Shown here: piece by piece, positions 26,745-35,120 of the stretch
How positions within the stretch are numbered: position 1 is the first letter of the stretch
How the letters are laid out: every line of letters begins with the position of its first letter
Source of the DNA: a virus
DNA: 54,012 bases
Virus genome (UHGV): UHGV-0393070
Reading direction: 5' to 3' (one strand)
Made by a program: the position numbers and the translations under genes
The notes under the pieces: model-generated
The model's database searches: none
Seen by the model: the letters and a program-made list of their open reading frames with translations, nothing else
What the model was told of the DNA's origin: nothing

Positions 26745-27848
26745 ATGTACTTCACTAAAGAAACGCTTGCCACGAATAGCCGCCTGCGCCTTCACTGGAA
26801 CTCTCTGTGGGCTCAGCGCAACATCTGGGATACCGCGCATAACATCATGGTTAATCAGTACCGTGGCGCTATGGATGCAGAAACGCTGGCAGCCAATGCG
26901 CTGGCAGGTGATGGGCTGGGTCGTGATTTCTGGGCTGAAATTGACCGCGAAATCGTCCAGTCTCGCGATCAGGTGATCGGCATGGAAATTGTCAACGACC
27001 TGATGGCTGTGCAGACCATTCTGCCGATCGGCAAGACTGCCAAACTTTACAACACGATTGGCGATATTGCTGATGATGTCTCTGTGAGTCTTGACGGTCA
27101 GGCGCCGTATTCCTTTGACCACACTAATTACGGTAGCGATGGTGACCCAGTTCCGATTTATACCGCTGGCTTCGGTGTTAACTGGCGTGTTGCCGCAGGC
27201 CTGAACACCGTCGGCATTGATCTGGTGCTGGATTCGCAGACAGCAAAAACCCGTAAGTTCCATAAACGCCGAGTGACTGGTTATCTGGATGGTAATCCGA
27301 CCATTCAGGTTCAGAACTACCCGGCGCAGGGTCTTCGCAACCACCGCAACACCGCCAAAATCAACCTTGGATCTGGCGCAGGTGGCGCTAACATCGACCT
27401 GACCACTGCAACCCCGGCGCAGGCGCTGGCATTCTTCTGTCCAACCGGTGCATTTGGTGTGACTGCCCGCGCCAACCAGGTCACGGCCTATGACGTTTTG
27501 TGGCTGTCTCCTGAAATCATGGCGAACCTCTCCAAGCCATACACTATTGAGGTGGGTGACGGTACTAACGCGATCATCAGCGGTTCTGTGCTGGATGCTA
27601 TTCGCAAGTTTATTCCGGTGAAAGATATCCGCCAGACTTATGCGCTGAGCGGTAACGAGTTCCTGGCTTATGAGCGCCGCAAAGATGTGATCTCCCCGCT
27701 TGTTGGCATGGCCGTTGGTGTTGTTCCGCTGCCGCGTCCTATGCCTCAGAGCAACTACAACTTCCAGATCATGTCTGCGGAAGGTTTGCAGATTAAACGT
27801 GATGAGCAAGGTCGTTCTGGCGTGCTGTACGGCGCAAATCTGGCATAA
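26745..27848 (+). CDS. Major capsid protein (HK97 fold, DUF2184-like)
   Basis: A 367-aa protein at the canonical position with a strong RBS (AAGGAGAAT). The large antisense ORF 26673..27860 is rejected. Confidence 0.75.
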   Translation: MYFTKETLATNSRLRLHWNSLWAQRNIWDTAHNIMVNQYRGAMDAETLAANALAGDGLGRDFWAEIDREIVQSRDQVIGMEIVNDLMAVQTILPIGKTAKLYNTIGDIADDVSVSLDGQAPYSFDHTNYGSDGDPVPIYTAGFGVNWRVAAGLNTVGIDLVLDSQTAKTRKFHKRRVTGYLDGNPTIQVQNYPAQGLRNHRNTAKINLGSGAGGANIDLTTATPAQALAFFCPTGAFGVTARANQVTAYDVLWLSPEIMANLSKPYTIEVGDGTNAIISGSVLDAIRKFIPVKDIRQTYALSGNEFLAYERRKDVISPLVGMAVGVVPLPRPMPQSNYNFQIMSAEGLQIKRDEQGRSGVLYGANLA

Positions 27849-27858
27849 GGAGAACAGC

Positions 27859-28143
27859 ATGGCTAAATACCAAGTAACCAGGGCGTGGCATGGAGTGAAG
27901 GTCGGTGATGTGGTTGAAATTGAGAAACTGCATCCTGCGCTGAAGCCTCATGTTATGAAACTCTCTGACGCTGTGCTAACCCCGGCGACGCCAGAGGCTG
28001 GCACGGATGTGAAATCCCGAAAAGAGATTATCGCATTACGCCTCACTGAGTTGGGTATCGATTTTAAAGGCAATCTCGGAGCTGAAAAGCTTGGTGATCT
28101 TCTGCCGGAAGGCGAACTCGAAAAGCTGTTTCCCGCTGAATAA
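27859..28143 (+). CDS. Hypothetical head-associated small protein (94 aa)
   Basis: ATG at 27859 with an AAGGAGAA RBS, followed by tandem terminators. The longer 27700 start overlaps the capsid gene and is rejected. Confidence 0.4.
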   Translation: MAKYQVTRAWHGVKVGDVVEIEKLHPALKPHVMKLSDAVLTPATPEAGTDVKSRKEIIALRLTELGIDFKGNLGAEKLGDLLPEGELEKLFPAE

Positions 28144-28145
28144 CA

Positions 28146-28195
28146 GCCGCCGCTAAGGCGGTTTTTTTATGCCCCGCTCCGGCGGGGTATTTCTC
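28146..28195 (+). terminator. Tandem rho-independent terminators after the head genes
   Basis: GCCGCCGCTAAGGCGG followed by TTTTTTT, then CCCCGCTCCGGCGGGG followed by TATTTCT. Confidence 0.6.
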
Positions 28196-28205
28196 GGAGT
28201 CGATA

Positions 28206-28604
28206 ATGGTAACTCTCGAACAGGCGAAGGAGTATCTGGAGAGCCAGGGAATTACCATTCCCGATTTTGTTCTTCAGGCTCTCGTCGACCAGGCCAACAG
28301 CATTCAGGAGTGTCTCGATGCGCATTATCCGGCATCTACAGCTCTGCTGATTCAGCTCTATCTGCTTGCGCTCATGGGGCTCGGGCAGGGGGATAAGTAC
28401 ATCTCCAGCCAAACGGCACCAAGCGGGGCGTCTCGCTCGTTCCGATACCAGTCGTTCACCGATCGCTGGAAGGCCTCGGTTAACCTTTTGCGCGGCCTGG
28501 ACAAATACGGATGCGCGACGTCACTTATTCCTCCCGACCCAACCAATACTGCATTTGCTGGTATCTGGATAGGTCGTGGCGGCTGCATGTGCGGGAGTAA
28601 GTGA
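28206..28604 (+). CDS. Putative head-tail connector/adaptor protein
   Basis: A 132-aa protein at the start of the head-tail joining block. Called by position. Confidence 0.4.
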   Translation: MVTLEQAKEYLESQGITIPDFVLQALVDQANSIQECLDAHYPASTALLIQLYLLALMGLGQGDKYISSQTAPSGASRSFRYQSFTDRWKASVNLLRGLDKYGCATSLIPPDPTNTAFAGIWIGRGGCMCGSK

Positions 28605-28777
28605 TGGCCTGGATTTCAGTTCAGCAACGGCTGCCGCGGAGGTTCTCCCGGGTGTGGGTGATGACCGATACCGGCCAGCAAACGACGGCATACGTGAAAA
28701 GCGACGGCGAATGGTTCATTAACTGCGCCCGCATACGGGCCACAGGCGCCGCTGTGCTGCGATGGAGGGATGGCTGA
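28604..28777 (+). CDS. DUF551-like small phage protein (57 aa)
   Basis: MAWISVQQRLPRRFSRVWVMTDTGQQTTAYVKSDGEWF.. matches the DUF551 pattern (M.WISV..RLP..W..GEWF). The TGATG start overlaps the upstream stop. Not in the supplied track. Confidence 0.45.
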   Translation: MAWISVQQRLPRRFSRVWVMTDTGQQTTAYVKSDGEWFINCARIRATGAAVLRWRDG

Positions 28778-29124
28778 TGTCTTCGGTTGCTTCATGGTCA
28801 TATACCGCGACAGCGACAATCTGGCGGAATCTCGGCAACGATGAATATGGCGATTCGCTAGGCTTCTCGCCTCCTGAGTCGATTCTCTGTGATTACGAGG
28901 GCGGCCTGTCAAAGCGCATCGGCAATCTTGGCGCTGAAATCGTCGTAAAGAACACCGTCTGGACGGAGTTCGCGTTGGCGTCCGCAGGTGATTACCTGCT
29001 GATTGGTGCATCGACCGAGCCTGACCCGGTTGTGGCCGGTGCCGACGAGGTGCGGCAGGTTATCCGCTACGCCGATACGTTCGAACGAGTCGCGGATGAT
29101 TACGCAATTCTGACGGGAGTCTGA
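28777..29124 (+). CDS. Hypothetical structural protein (about 115 aa)
   Basis: A coupled start follows the DUF551 ORF. It lies within the head-tail joining gene block. Confidence 0.4.
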   Translation: MSSVASWSYTATATIWRNLGNDEYGDSLGFSPPESILCDYEGGLSKRIGNLGAEIVVKNTVWTEFALASAGDYLLIGASTEPDPVVAGADEVRQVIRYADTFERVADDYAILTGV

Positions 29125-29126
29125 GT

Positions 29127-29534
29127 ATGGGCGTTAAGATCCGCGGTATTGAACAAGCAAAGCGAAATCTCGACCGTATCATCGGAGATGTTCAGGGTAG
29201 GAAGGTGGTCAGTGCTATTAAAGCAGCTTTGATAATTATCGCGCCAGAAGCCGCAAGGATGACTCCCGTTGCTAAATCTTCCTTCCTGATCAATTCGCAG
29301 TTCCAGGAAGTGATGGTAAATGGCACCCGCATTACCGGGCGAGTGGGATATGCGGCTAATTACGCGGTATATGTCCATGAGGCTAAGGGAACGCTCAAAG
29401 GTAAACCTCGCCCAGCATCACAGGGCGGTGGTAATTACTGGGACCCGGCAGGAGAGCCTCAGTTCCTGAAGAAAGCAGGTGATGAAACGCGTTCTGCCGT
29501 TGATGCCGCAATCAAAAAGGAGCTATCCCTGTGA
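29127..29534 (+). CDS. Head-tail joining protein (HK97 gp10-like)
   Basis: A 135-aa protein with a YAVYVHEAKGT region characteristic of the HK97 gp10 family. Confidence 0.55.
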   Translation: MGVKIRGIEQAKRNLDRIIGDVQGRKVVSAIKAALIIIAPEAARMTPVAKSSFLINSQFQEVMVNGTRITGRVGYAANYAVYVHEAKGTLKGKPRPASQGGGNYWDPAGEPQFLKKAGDETRSAVDAAIKKELSL

Positions 29535-29920
29535 ACCCTCCGATGCATAAGCGCGTTCGTAACTTCCTCGTTGATGCCGGCTTAACCACCGGGTACACCG
29601 TTCAGTCACTGACATGGACCGATACCGGAAAGCTGGCGGAGCGATTCATCGTATTCCGGCCCAACGGCGGAACGGCAGTAGACCGCGATATGGCTGCTGA
29701 TTATTACGTCCTGGTCGATGTGATAACCGGTAAATCTGCCGGTGACTATGCCAAATCAGAGGCTGATGTGCAGGCCATCATCGATTATGTGAAGCAGAAC
29801 CCAATGACGAATCCCTGCCTTGGACAGATATCAAACCTTGGCGGGATACCGTCACCGGTAATGACTGAAGAAGGGCGCATGGTGTGGCGCTTACAGTTCG
29901 CCTGTCTCTTTGGCGGGTAA
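29531..29920 (+). CDS. Putative tail terminator/completion protein
   Basis: A 129-aa protein coupled to the upstream gene, the last gene before the major tail protein, and followed by a terminator. Confidence 0.45.
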   Translation: MNPPMHKRVRNFLVDAGLTTGYTVQSLTWTDTGKLAERFIVFRPNGGTAVDRDMAADYYVLVDVITGKSAGDYAKSEADVQAIIDYVKQNPMTNPCLGQISNLGGIPSPVMTEEGRMVWRLQFACLFGG

Positions 29921-29938
29921 CACCAAATCAAATCACAC

Positions 29939-29965
29939 AAGGTCGCCTGGAGCGGCCTTTTTTAT
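29939..29965 (+). terminator. Rho-independent terminator
   Basis: GGTCGCCTGGAGCGGCC hairpin followed by TTTTTTATT. Confidence 0.55.
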
Positions 29966-29988
29966 TATCTGAAGTGAGGTAAGCAACG

Positions 29989-30741
29989 ATGCAAGGCTGC
30001 TCCAATAACGAACAACTTATCGGTCGCGCGAAGACGCTGGAACTGGCTTACGGCTGTTCTGACCAGATGCCGGCAGAAGGCGACTGGAAACTCATGGGTC
30101 TGCCGACTTCTGCAACGTGGGATATGAGCCCGGAGGCGCTGACGTCTGATGCAGACAATGGCGGATTCAGTTCGAACCTGATTGCCAGCCTGGACCCGAC
30201 CTATTCCATTGAGGGAGAAGTGCGCGTTCAGGACCGTACTGATGAATTCGGCATTCAGCAGTTCGTGAAGTATATCGCCGATGAAGTCCGAGCCCGACGC
30301 CAGCCTGCGGTATGGATGCGTTTCCATTGGGGCGATTTCTATCACATTGGCTACATGGTCCCGACCGGCGCCAGTGATGGCGGTGGTGTGAAGGAGATCG
30401 TGACCTACAGCTTTGAGTTCAAACTGGCTGACGGTAACACCTTCCAGATCACCGAAGCTGATGATGGCATTCCGGTAACAGGCGTCACAGTCGCTCCGAC
30501 TACCAGCACTGTAGCGGCAGGTTCAAGTACCACGTTTACTGTCAATGTAGCTCCGGATGATGCTGACAATAAACTGTTCACTGTTACCTCTTCTGTGCCG
30601 TCGCGCGCGACCCTAGCCTTCACCGGCAATACCGTAACTGTCTCCGCACCGTCTGGTGCAACAGCTGGCACTGCGGTAATTACCGTTAAGACCGTGGATG
30701 GCGAATTCATAGCCACTCACACAGTAACCGTCACCGTGTAA
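29989..30741 (+). CDS. Major tail tube protein with C-terminal Ig-like (Big_2) domain
   Basis: A 250-aa protein whose C-terminal ~90 aa are a Thr/Val-rich Ig-like repeat (TVAPTTSTVAAGSSTTFTVNV..TVTVSAPSGATAGTAVITVKT), as in lambda gpV. Confidence 0.75.
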   Translation: MQGCSNNEQLIGRAKTLELAYGCSDQMPAEGDWKLMGLPTSATWDMSPEALTSDADNGGFSSNLIASLDPTYSIEGEVRVQDRTDEFGIQQFVKYIADEVRARRQPAVWMRFHWGDFYHIGYMVPTGASDGGGVKEIVTYSFEFKLADGNTFQITEADDGIPVTGVTVAPTTSTVAAGSSTTFTVNVAPDDADNKLFTVTSSVPSRATLAFTGNTVTVSAPSGATAGTAVITVKTVDGEFIATHTVTVTV

Positions 30742-30750
30742 GCAAAACAA

Positions 30751-30780
30751 AGGGCAGGATTTCTGCCCTTGATTTTGTTT
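30751..30780 (+). terminator. Rho-independent terminator
   Basis: AGGGCAGGATTTCTGCCCTTGATTTTGTTT: an AGGGCAG/CTGCCCT stem followed by a T-rich tail. Confidence 0.6.
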
Positions 30781-30791
30781 ATGGGGGAAAG

Positions 30792-31484
30792 ATGACACCA
30801 GTTAAAGAGTTTGGCGAATGCCTGATTACTGCCGGAGACAGGGATTATTTTTTCCGGCCGTCACTGCTGGCCATGTCGCGAATTGGCGAACCTGCTGAAA
30901 TTGTTCAGACGTTCTACGACCTATGCAATGACGAAGTGACCCCGCTGTTAAGGCGAGCTGCTGAATCCTACATCCACAATGAGTACGACCGGCTGCCTGA
31001 TTGCGTGTTGCAGTATATTCAGAGCGGTCTATTGAGCCGCAAGTCGATTATGGCTGCCCATACCGTATTGACTGCCTGCTGTGCTGACGATATCGGCGAG
31101 TTGATAGGATGGATGAAGCCAGGTAAAGGCAGAAAACGCAGTTTTGTCTGGCGCCAGGGAAGTATGCCGCCGCACAACATGGTTATAGTCGCCCAAAGCC
31201 TGATGATGCACGGCATTATCGGCAAGGCAAAAGTGAGGAAGCTCCAGCGGCACGAATCCAGCGATACCACATCTGAATTCCGGGCATCAGATTACATCAT
31301 CGCAGCGCGTAACCACTTCGGTATCAGCAAGGAAGAGGCCGGCCAACTGACGATGACCGAGTTTCAGCTAATGCTCATCGCTAAATACCCTGAGCAGAAA
31401 GGGTACACCCGCGAAGAGTACGATCACGCAGCTGATGACTACTTTGCGCGCCGTAAGCGCAGACAGGATAAAGCCAACCAATAA
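30792..31484 (+). CDS. Putative tail assembly chaperone
   Basis: A 230-aa protein between the major tail protein and the tape measure region. Called by position only. Confidence 0.4.
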   Translation: MTPVKEFGECLITAGDRDYFFRPSLLAMSRIGEPAEIVQTFYDLCNDEVTPLLRRAAESYIHNEYDRLPDCVLQYIQSGLLSRKSIMAAHTVLTACCADDIGELIGWMKPGKGRKRSFVWRQGSMPPHNMVIVAQSLMMHGIIGKAKVRKLQRHESSDTTSEFRASDYIIAARNHFGISKEEAGQLTMTEFQLMLIAKYPEQKGYTREEYDHAADDYFARRKRRQDKANQ

Positions 31485-31663
31485 ACCAGCCTCGGCATAG
31501 TCCGGGGCTTTTTTATACCCGCAATAAACCTCCCGCGCGTCGCAGCGCATACAAAACCCGAGTCTTTCAGAAAGCTGAGCCTGAGGAACGCCGTATAGGT
31601 GCGGACCTTCTCGGGGCGGCGTTTCTGTGCGAACAGGCTCATCTTTCTAAAGGAAATACCGCT

Positions 31664-32221
31664 ATGTCATACCCAACAGTAATTAACGGACTTGATTTTC
31701 GTGATCTGATTTTTGTGGCCGATAACGACCCGGTAACTGACTCGTTTATGGTGGCGAAGGCATTTGGAAAGTTGCCTAAAAACGTAATTCGCGACATTGA
31801 GCGAACTATTGAGGCCTGCCCGCCGGAGTTTGATACAAAACTCAATTTTGAGCTTTGCTATAAAAACAATGAGTTGCAGAACGGTAAGCCGCAGAAGTTC
31901 TATCGTCTCCGCAAAGATGGGTTGATGCTTCTGGTCATGTCCTACACCAAAAAAGAGGCGATGCGCATCAAGATCGCCTACATCAACGCCTTTAACTGGA
32001 TGTACGCAATGCTTCAGGTTGGCCGGCGCCAGTTTGAAGAGGAGCGTAATGCTGTGATGCTTGAGTTCATGAAGGAAAAGGATGTCGCCAGTATGTCTGG
32101 TCGCCTGCTGCGTCGCTGGGGGAAAGAGAAGAAACCGCAGTTACTTTCACGCATTGAGCAACTGGACAAGCAAGGTCAGTTGGCATTGCCCGGCTTTCCA
32201 GGGGTGCTTACCAGATCATGA
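31664..32221 (+). CDS. rha: Rha-family phage regulatory protein
   Basis: The N-terminal FVADNDPVTDSFMVAKAFGKLPKNVIRDIE matches the Phage_pRha signature. It is unusually placed inside the tail morphogenesis block. Confidence 0.75.
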   Translation: MSYPTVINGLDFRDLIFVADNDPVTDSFMVAKAFGKLPKNVIRDIERTIEACPPEFDTKLNFELCYKNNELQNGKPQKFYRLRKDGLMLLVMSYTKKEAMRIKIAYINAFNWMYAMLQVGRRQFEEERNAVMLEFMKEKDVASMSGRLLRRWGKEKKPQLLSRIEQLDKQGQLALPGFPGVLTRS

Positions 32222-32317
32222 AACCCACAGTGCCGTGGTTTTTGAATGGCCCACTCAGGTGGGCTTCTGCTTTATGAATGAATCAGAAATCAGCTAAAAT
32301 CGACCACAACCAACTCC

Positions 32318-32902
32318 GTGAAGGGATGCATAATGACAAACCTCCCCTATGAATATTTCCTTGGTGCCGATGATGACCTCGTCGACTTTCTCGAAAAGCA
32401 AGGCGAGGAATGCATAAAAGAAATTGAGCAATCAAATGCAATAAACAAAGAGAATGGTTATAAACTGCTCGGCATCCTCATAGTCGGCGTCGGGTCTTCG
32501 TTTTTATTGTTGACGCAAAATAACCAGCCTCGTTTTATGACGTTGGGTATCGGGATTTTCATGTTGTACTGGGCTGCATGTGCAATTTACTTGGTTTCAG
32601 GCGTGCTGTCTGTACAGGTGCGCGCGCTCCTTAACTCAGCTCCAGCAGACCTTTACACTGAACTTTACAAGTCGTTGGAGCCAGCGCATTACGAGGAGCT
32701 GGCGCAGAAGGGATTTAGGGCAAAGAGAACACCAATTTCAGTTATCCGGCGAATAAGACTGGCTAATCTCCATGATACCGCTGAAGAGTTGTGTGAGATA
32801 AATGAGCGCATCAGAACAAGGCTGGATAGAGCGAGGATCGCAACAATCCTCACTCCGGTTTGTGCATTAGCTATTTCTACTGTGGGCTATCTTTTTTTCT
32901 GA
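32318..32902 (+). CDS. Hypothetical membrane protein (3 predicted TM helices)
   Basis: Hydrophobic segments GILIVGVGSSFLLL, LGIGIFMLYWAACAIYLVSGVL and ILTPVCALAISTVGYLFF. Part of the tail-module insertion. Confidence 0.45.
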   Translation: MKGCIMTNLPYEYFLGADDDLVDFLEKQGEECIKEIEQSNAINKENGYKLLGILIVGVGSSFLLLTQNNQPRFMTLGIGIFMLYWAACAIYLVSGVLSVQVRALLNSAPADLYTELYKSLEPAHYEELAQKGFRAKRTPISVIRRIRLANLHDTAEELCEINERIRTRLDRARIATILTPVCALAISTVGYLFF

Positions 32903-33163
32903 CCTTGTCAGCAGAATTCCCAACAAATCGACGACCTAATGAGAAGTCTGTTGTAGGCCTACCTTCCTGTGGGGGTTGTGTGGTCTGCTGTTGCGGTGGT
33001 TGATTGTTATCTTGCTTTGGTGGTTGATCGCTCATTTTGCCTTCCTATGGTTCGATTTGAGAACATCGAGTGCTTCGCTCTTAAGGTGCATTAGATGCAC
33101 GCAGAAGAAGCATCCAACCTACCCTGGAAGCGCGCCGCCGAACATCCTGATAAACGATCAGGT

Positions 33164-33229
33164 GGTTTTGTCGTATCGCTTACCCTCTGCTACGATTGCC
33201 GCATCATTTACTGATGGGATAGGGATATG
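33164..33229 (+). repeat. Copy 1 of a ~65-bp conserved leader (promoter/RBS module) preceding an exported-protein gene
   Basis: GGTTTTGTCGTATCGCTTACCCTCTGCTACGATTGCCGCATCATTTACTGATGGGATAGGGATATG is nearly identical to 34237..34303. It contains a TACGAT -10-like hexamer and an AGGGAT RBS, and is preceded by the hairpin CCTGATAAACGATCAGG. Confidence 0.7.
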
Positions 33230-33628
33230 AAACGTATTACAGCAGTGGCATTGCTTTCTCTGGCGTTAACAGGCTGCTATAAGACAGCGCCATCTGAGCA
33301 AGAGGCGATCGATACGGCTAAAAAAGAAGTGTTGATGGCAGTCTGCGGCGACAAAACTAATAGTTGCGTAGATGTAAGTGGCGGGAAGGCGCATATCGCA
33401 GATCGAAGAAATGATAATACCAACCAAGTTACTGTCACCTTCAAAACTATAAAAGCTAATGGTGATGCACAGGAACCAAGGGCTGTGAACGTAGATGCAG
33501 GAATGGTTGTCTACGACTTCGACGCCAAAACAGGTGAAACGTACATTAAACAGCTTTCACTCTGGTCCGATGATGGAAAACACTCCATTGAACTGTGCGG
33601 ACATGATTATAAGTTTTGTCGAAAGTGA
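33227..33628 (+). CDS. Lipoprotein (133 aa), unknown function
   Basis: Signal peptide with lipobox MKRITAVALLSLALTGC. The mature part is Cys-containing. A terminator follows. Confidence 0.6.
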   Translation: MKRITAVALLSLALTGCYKTAPSEQEAIDTAKKEVLMAVCGDKTNSCVDVSGGKAHIADRRNDNTNQVTVTFKTIKANGDAQEPRAVNVDAGMVVYDFDAKTGETYIKQLSLWSDDGKHSIELCGHDYKFCRK

Positions 33629-33640
33629 ATCATAACTCTC

Positions 33641-33666
33641 TAAAACCCGCTTCGGCGGGTTTTTGC
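33641..33666. terminator. Bidirectional rho-independent terminator
   Basis: AAACCCGCTTCGGCGGGTTTTT lies between the convergent lipoprotein gene and the minus-strand 33681..34154 ORF. Confidence 0.7.
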
Positions 33667-33680
33667 TTTCTGCTACAACT

Positions 33681-34154
33681 TCATTGCCCGAGTAGCTTTG
33701 ATAACCCGGCGGTAGTTGCAGCTTGCACCACAGTTTTAAGCACTTCAGTAGACATTTCGCCGAGAGTCGACTTGGCCTTGGCCTTCTGCTCATCACTCAT
33801 GTTTGAAAGCGCGATGAGGTCTTCGAGCACTACGACAGCATCACGATGAAACTTGATCGTCTGCACGTTAAGGATTGCAGAAAGTCCGCCGTCCTGTTGA
33901 ATGAAGTCAATGCCCTTAGCAGTGATCATGATTGCTCCGGGATTTATACTATAGCCGCTAAGATGATGCCGTAACCCGCTGTGAATCAGCTCGTGTTCTT
34001 CAAGGTAAAGCAGGTTTGCTACAAAGGTATCATCACTATCAAACATTGATTTCAACTCTACATATGCATTGTTCTGCAGATGGTTTGGGTAAGCGTTAAA
34101 CAGTATCTGGAGAAGCTCTTTTTGCTTTTCCCTTTCAAGTTTGATCATCTTCAA
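33681..34154 (-). CDS. Hypothetical protein (157 aa), opposite strand within the tail-module island
   Basis: An AT-rich, minus-strand ORF convergent with the lipoprotein gene. No motif recognised. Confidence 0.45.
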   Translation of the reverse strand: MKMIKLEREKQKELLQILFNAYPNHLQNNAYVELKSMFDSDDTFVANLLYLEEHELIHSGLRHHLSGYSINPGAIMITAKGIDFIQQDGGLSAILNVQTIKFHRDAVVVLEDLIALSNMSDEQKAKAKSTLGEMSTEVLKTVVQAATTAGLSKLLGQ

Positions 34155-34236
34155 TCCCGTTAGTGTTTTTTGCTCAGGTACAAGAAAAGTCTACTATAGC
34201 TTGAATTTTGCTATAGGAAATAGCGTTCGAATGGTT

Positions 34237-34303
34237 GGGTTTTGTCGTATCGCTTCCCCTCTGCTACGATTGCCGCATCATTTACTGATGGGGATAGGGA
34301 TAT
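34237..34303 (+). repeat. Copy 2 of the ~65-bp conserved leader
   Basis: GGGTTTTGTCGTATCGCTTCCCCTCTGCTACGATTGCCGCATCATTTACTGATGGGGATAGGGATATG differs from copy 1 by 2-3 mismatches/indels. Confidence 0.7.
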
Positions 34304-35048
34304 GAAAAAGGTGATTTTAGCGGCGTTAATTGGACTTTCAGGCGTGGCTCATGCCGAATGGAAGCACGAAGTTACTCAAGACAAAATGGGGAGAGGTAGC
34401 GATGAGATCGCAACCGTCGTAAGTAGCAATGCTTTATCTCTTCAGCCTCCTTATGAGGGAAAACAAAATGCAACGTTTTCATTGCGAAGTCTTAGAGGTG
34501 AAAATAATGAATTTGTTGTTGCAGTAGAGAAGGGACAAATAATTTGCGAACAAGATGGATGCGGATTATTAGTTAGAGTGGATGATGAAAAAGCATTTCG
34601 GCTTATTGGATCTCATCCTAAAGATGGAAGCTCAGATATGGTCGTTGGTTCAATTAATACAGAAGATTTAAGAAAAATAAAAAAGGCAAAATCAATTTTA
34701 ATTGAATTGACTATTTACCAAAATGGCGAGCATGTACTTGAGTTTGATAGTAAAGATAATCCATTCGTCGGCAGGAAAACTTATCTTATCTCTGAGATTA
34801 GAGAGATGATTGATTCTGGAAAACCACCAAAGCGCACAAAAACATCAGAAGTTCCTATGGATATGCCTAAATTTGATATATGCAAAAAAGTAGCAAATAA
34901 AAGCTCTGAGGATGGGAAAATCACCGTCACAGAGGTGAACAAAAAGGATGAATTCACTACTGCTACGTATGGTGAAGATTCTGTTACGACGCTTGCGTGT
35001 AAGAGAGGTAGCAAAACGTCTATGCTTTCATTTTTTAGATATGATTAA
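34301..35048 (+). CDS. Secreted hypothetical protein (about 249 aa) with cleavable signal peptide
   Basis: MKKVILAALIGLSGVAHA signal peptide (AHA-E cleavage context) starting right after the leader repeat. AT-rich. The supplied ORF start at 34242 lies inside the repeat and is rejected. Confidence 0.55.
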
Positions 35049-35077
35049 CTACCTACAAAGTATTTATAGGTCACATA

Positions 35078-35101
35078 AACCTCGCTCTGGCGGGGTTTTT
35101 T
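35078..35101 (+). terminator. Rho-independent terminator
   Basis: CCTCGCTCTGGCGGGG followed by TTTTTTATT, just upstream of the tape measure gene. Confidence 0.55.
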
Positions 35102-35120
35102 ATTGCCCGGAGAAAAGTAA

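Noticed and set aside
26673-27860. 395-aa minus-strand ORF antisense to the major capsid gene
   Set aside because: It is entirely antisense to a well-supported, RBS-bearing structural gene in a unidirectional late operon. It has biased Arg/Cys-rich composition typical of antisense frames in GC-rich DNA.
32976-33230. 84-aa ORF ending in the sequence shared with 34242
   Set aside because: Its C-terminus is simply the translated 65-bp repeated leader, and the same peptide appears fused upstream of the second exported gene. The repeat is better explained as non-coding promoter/RBS.
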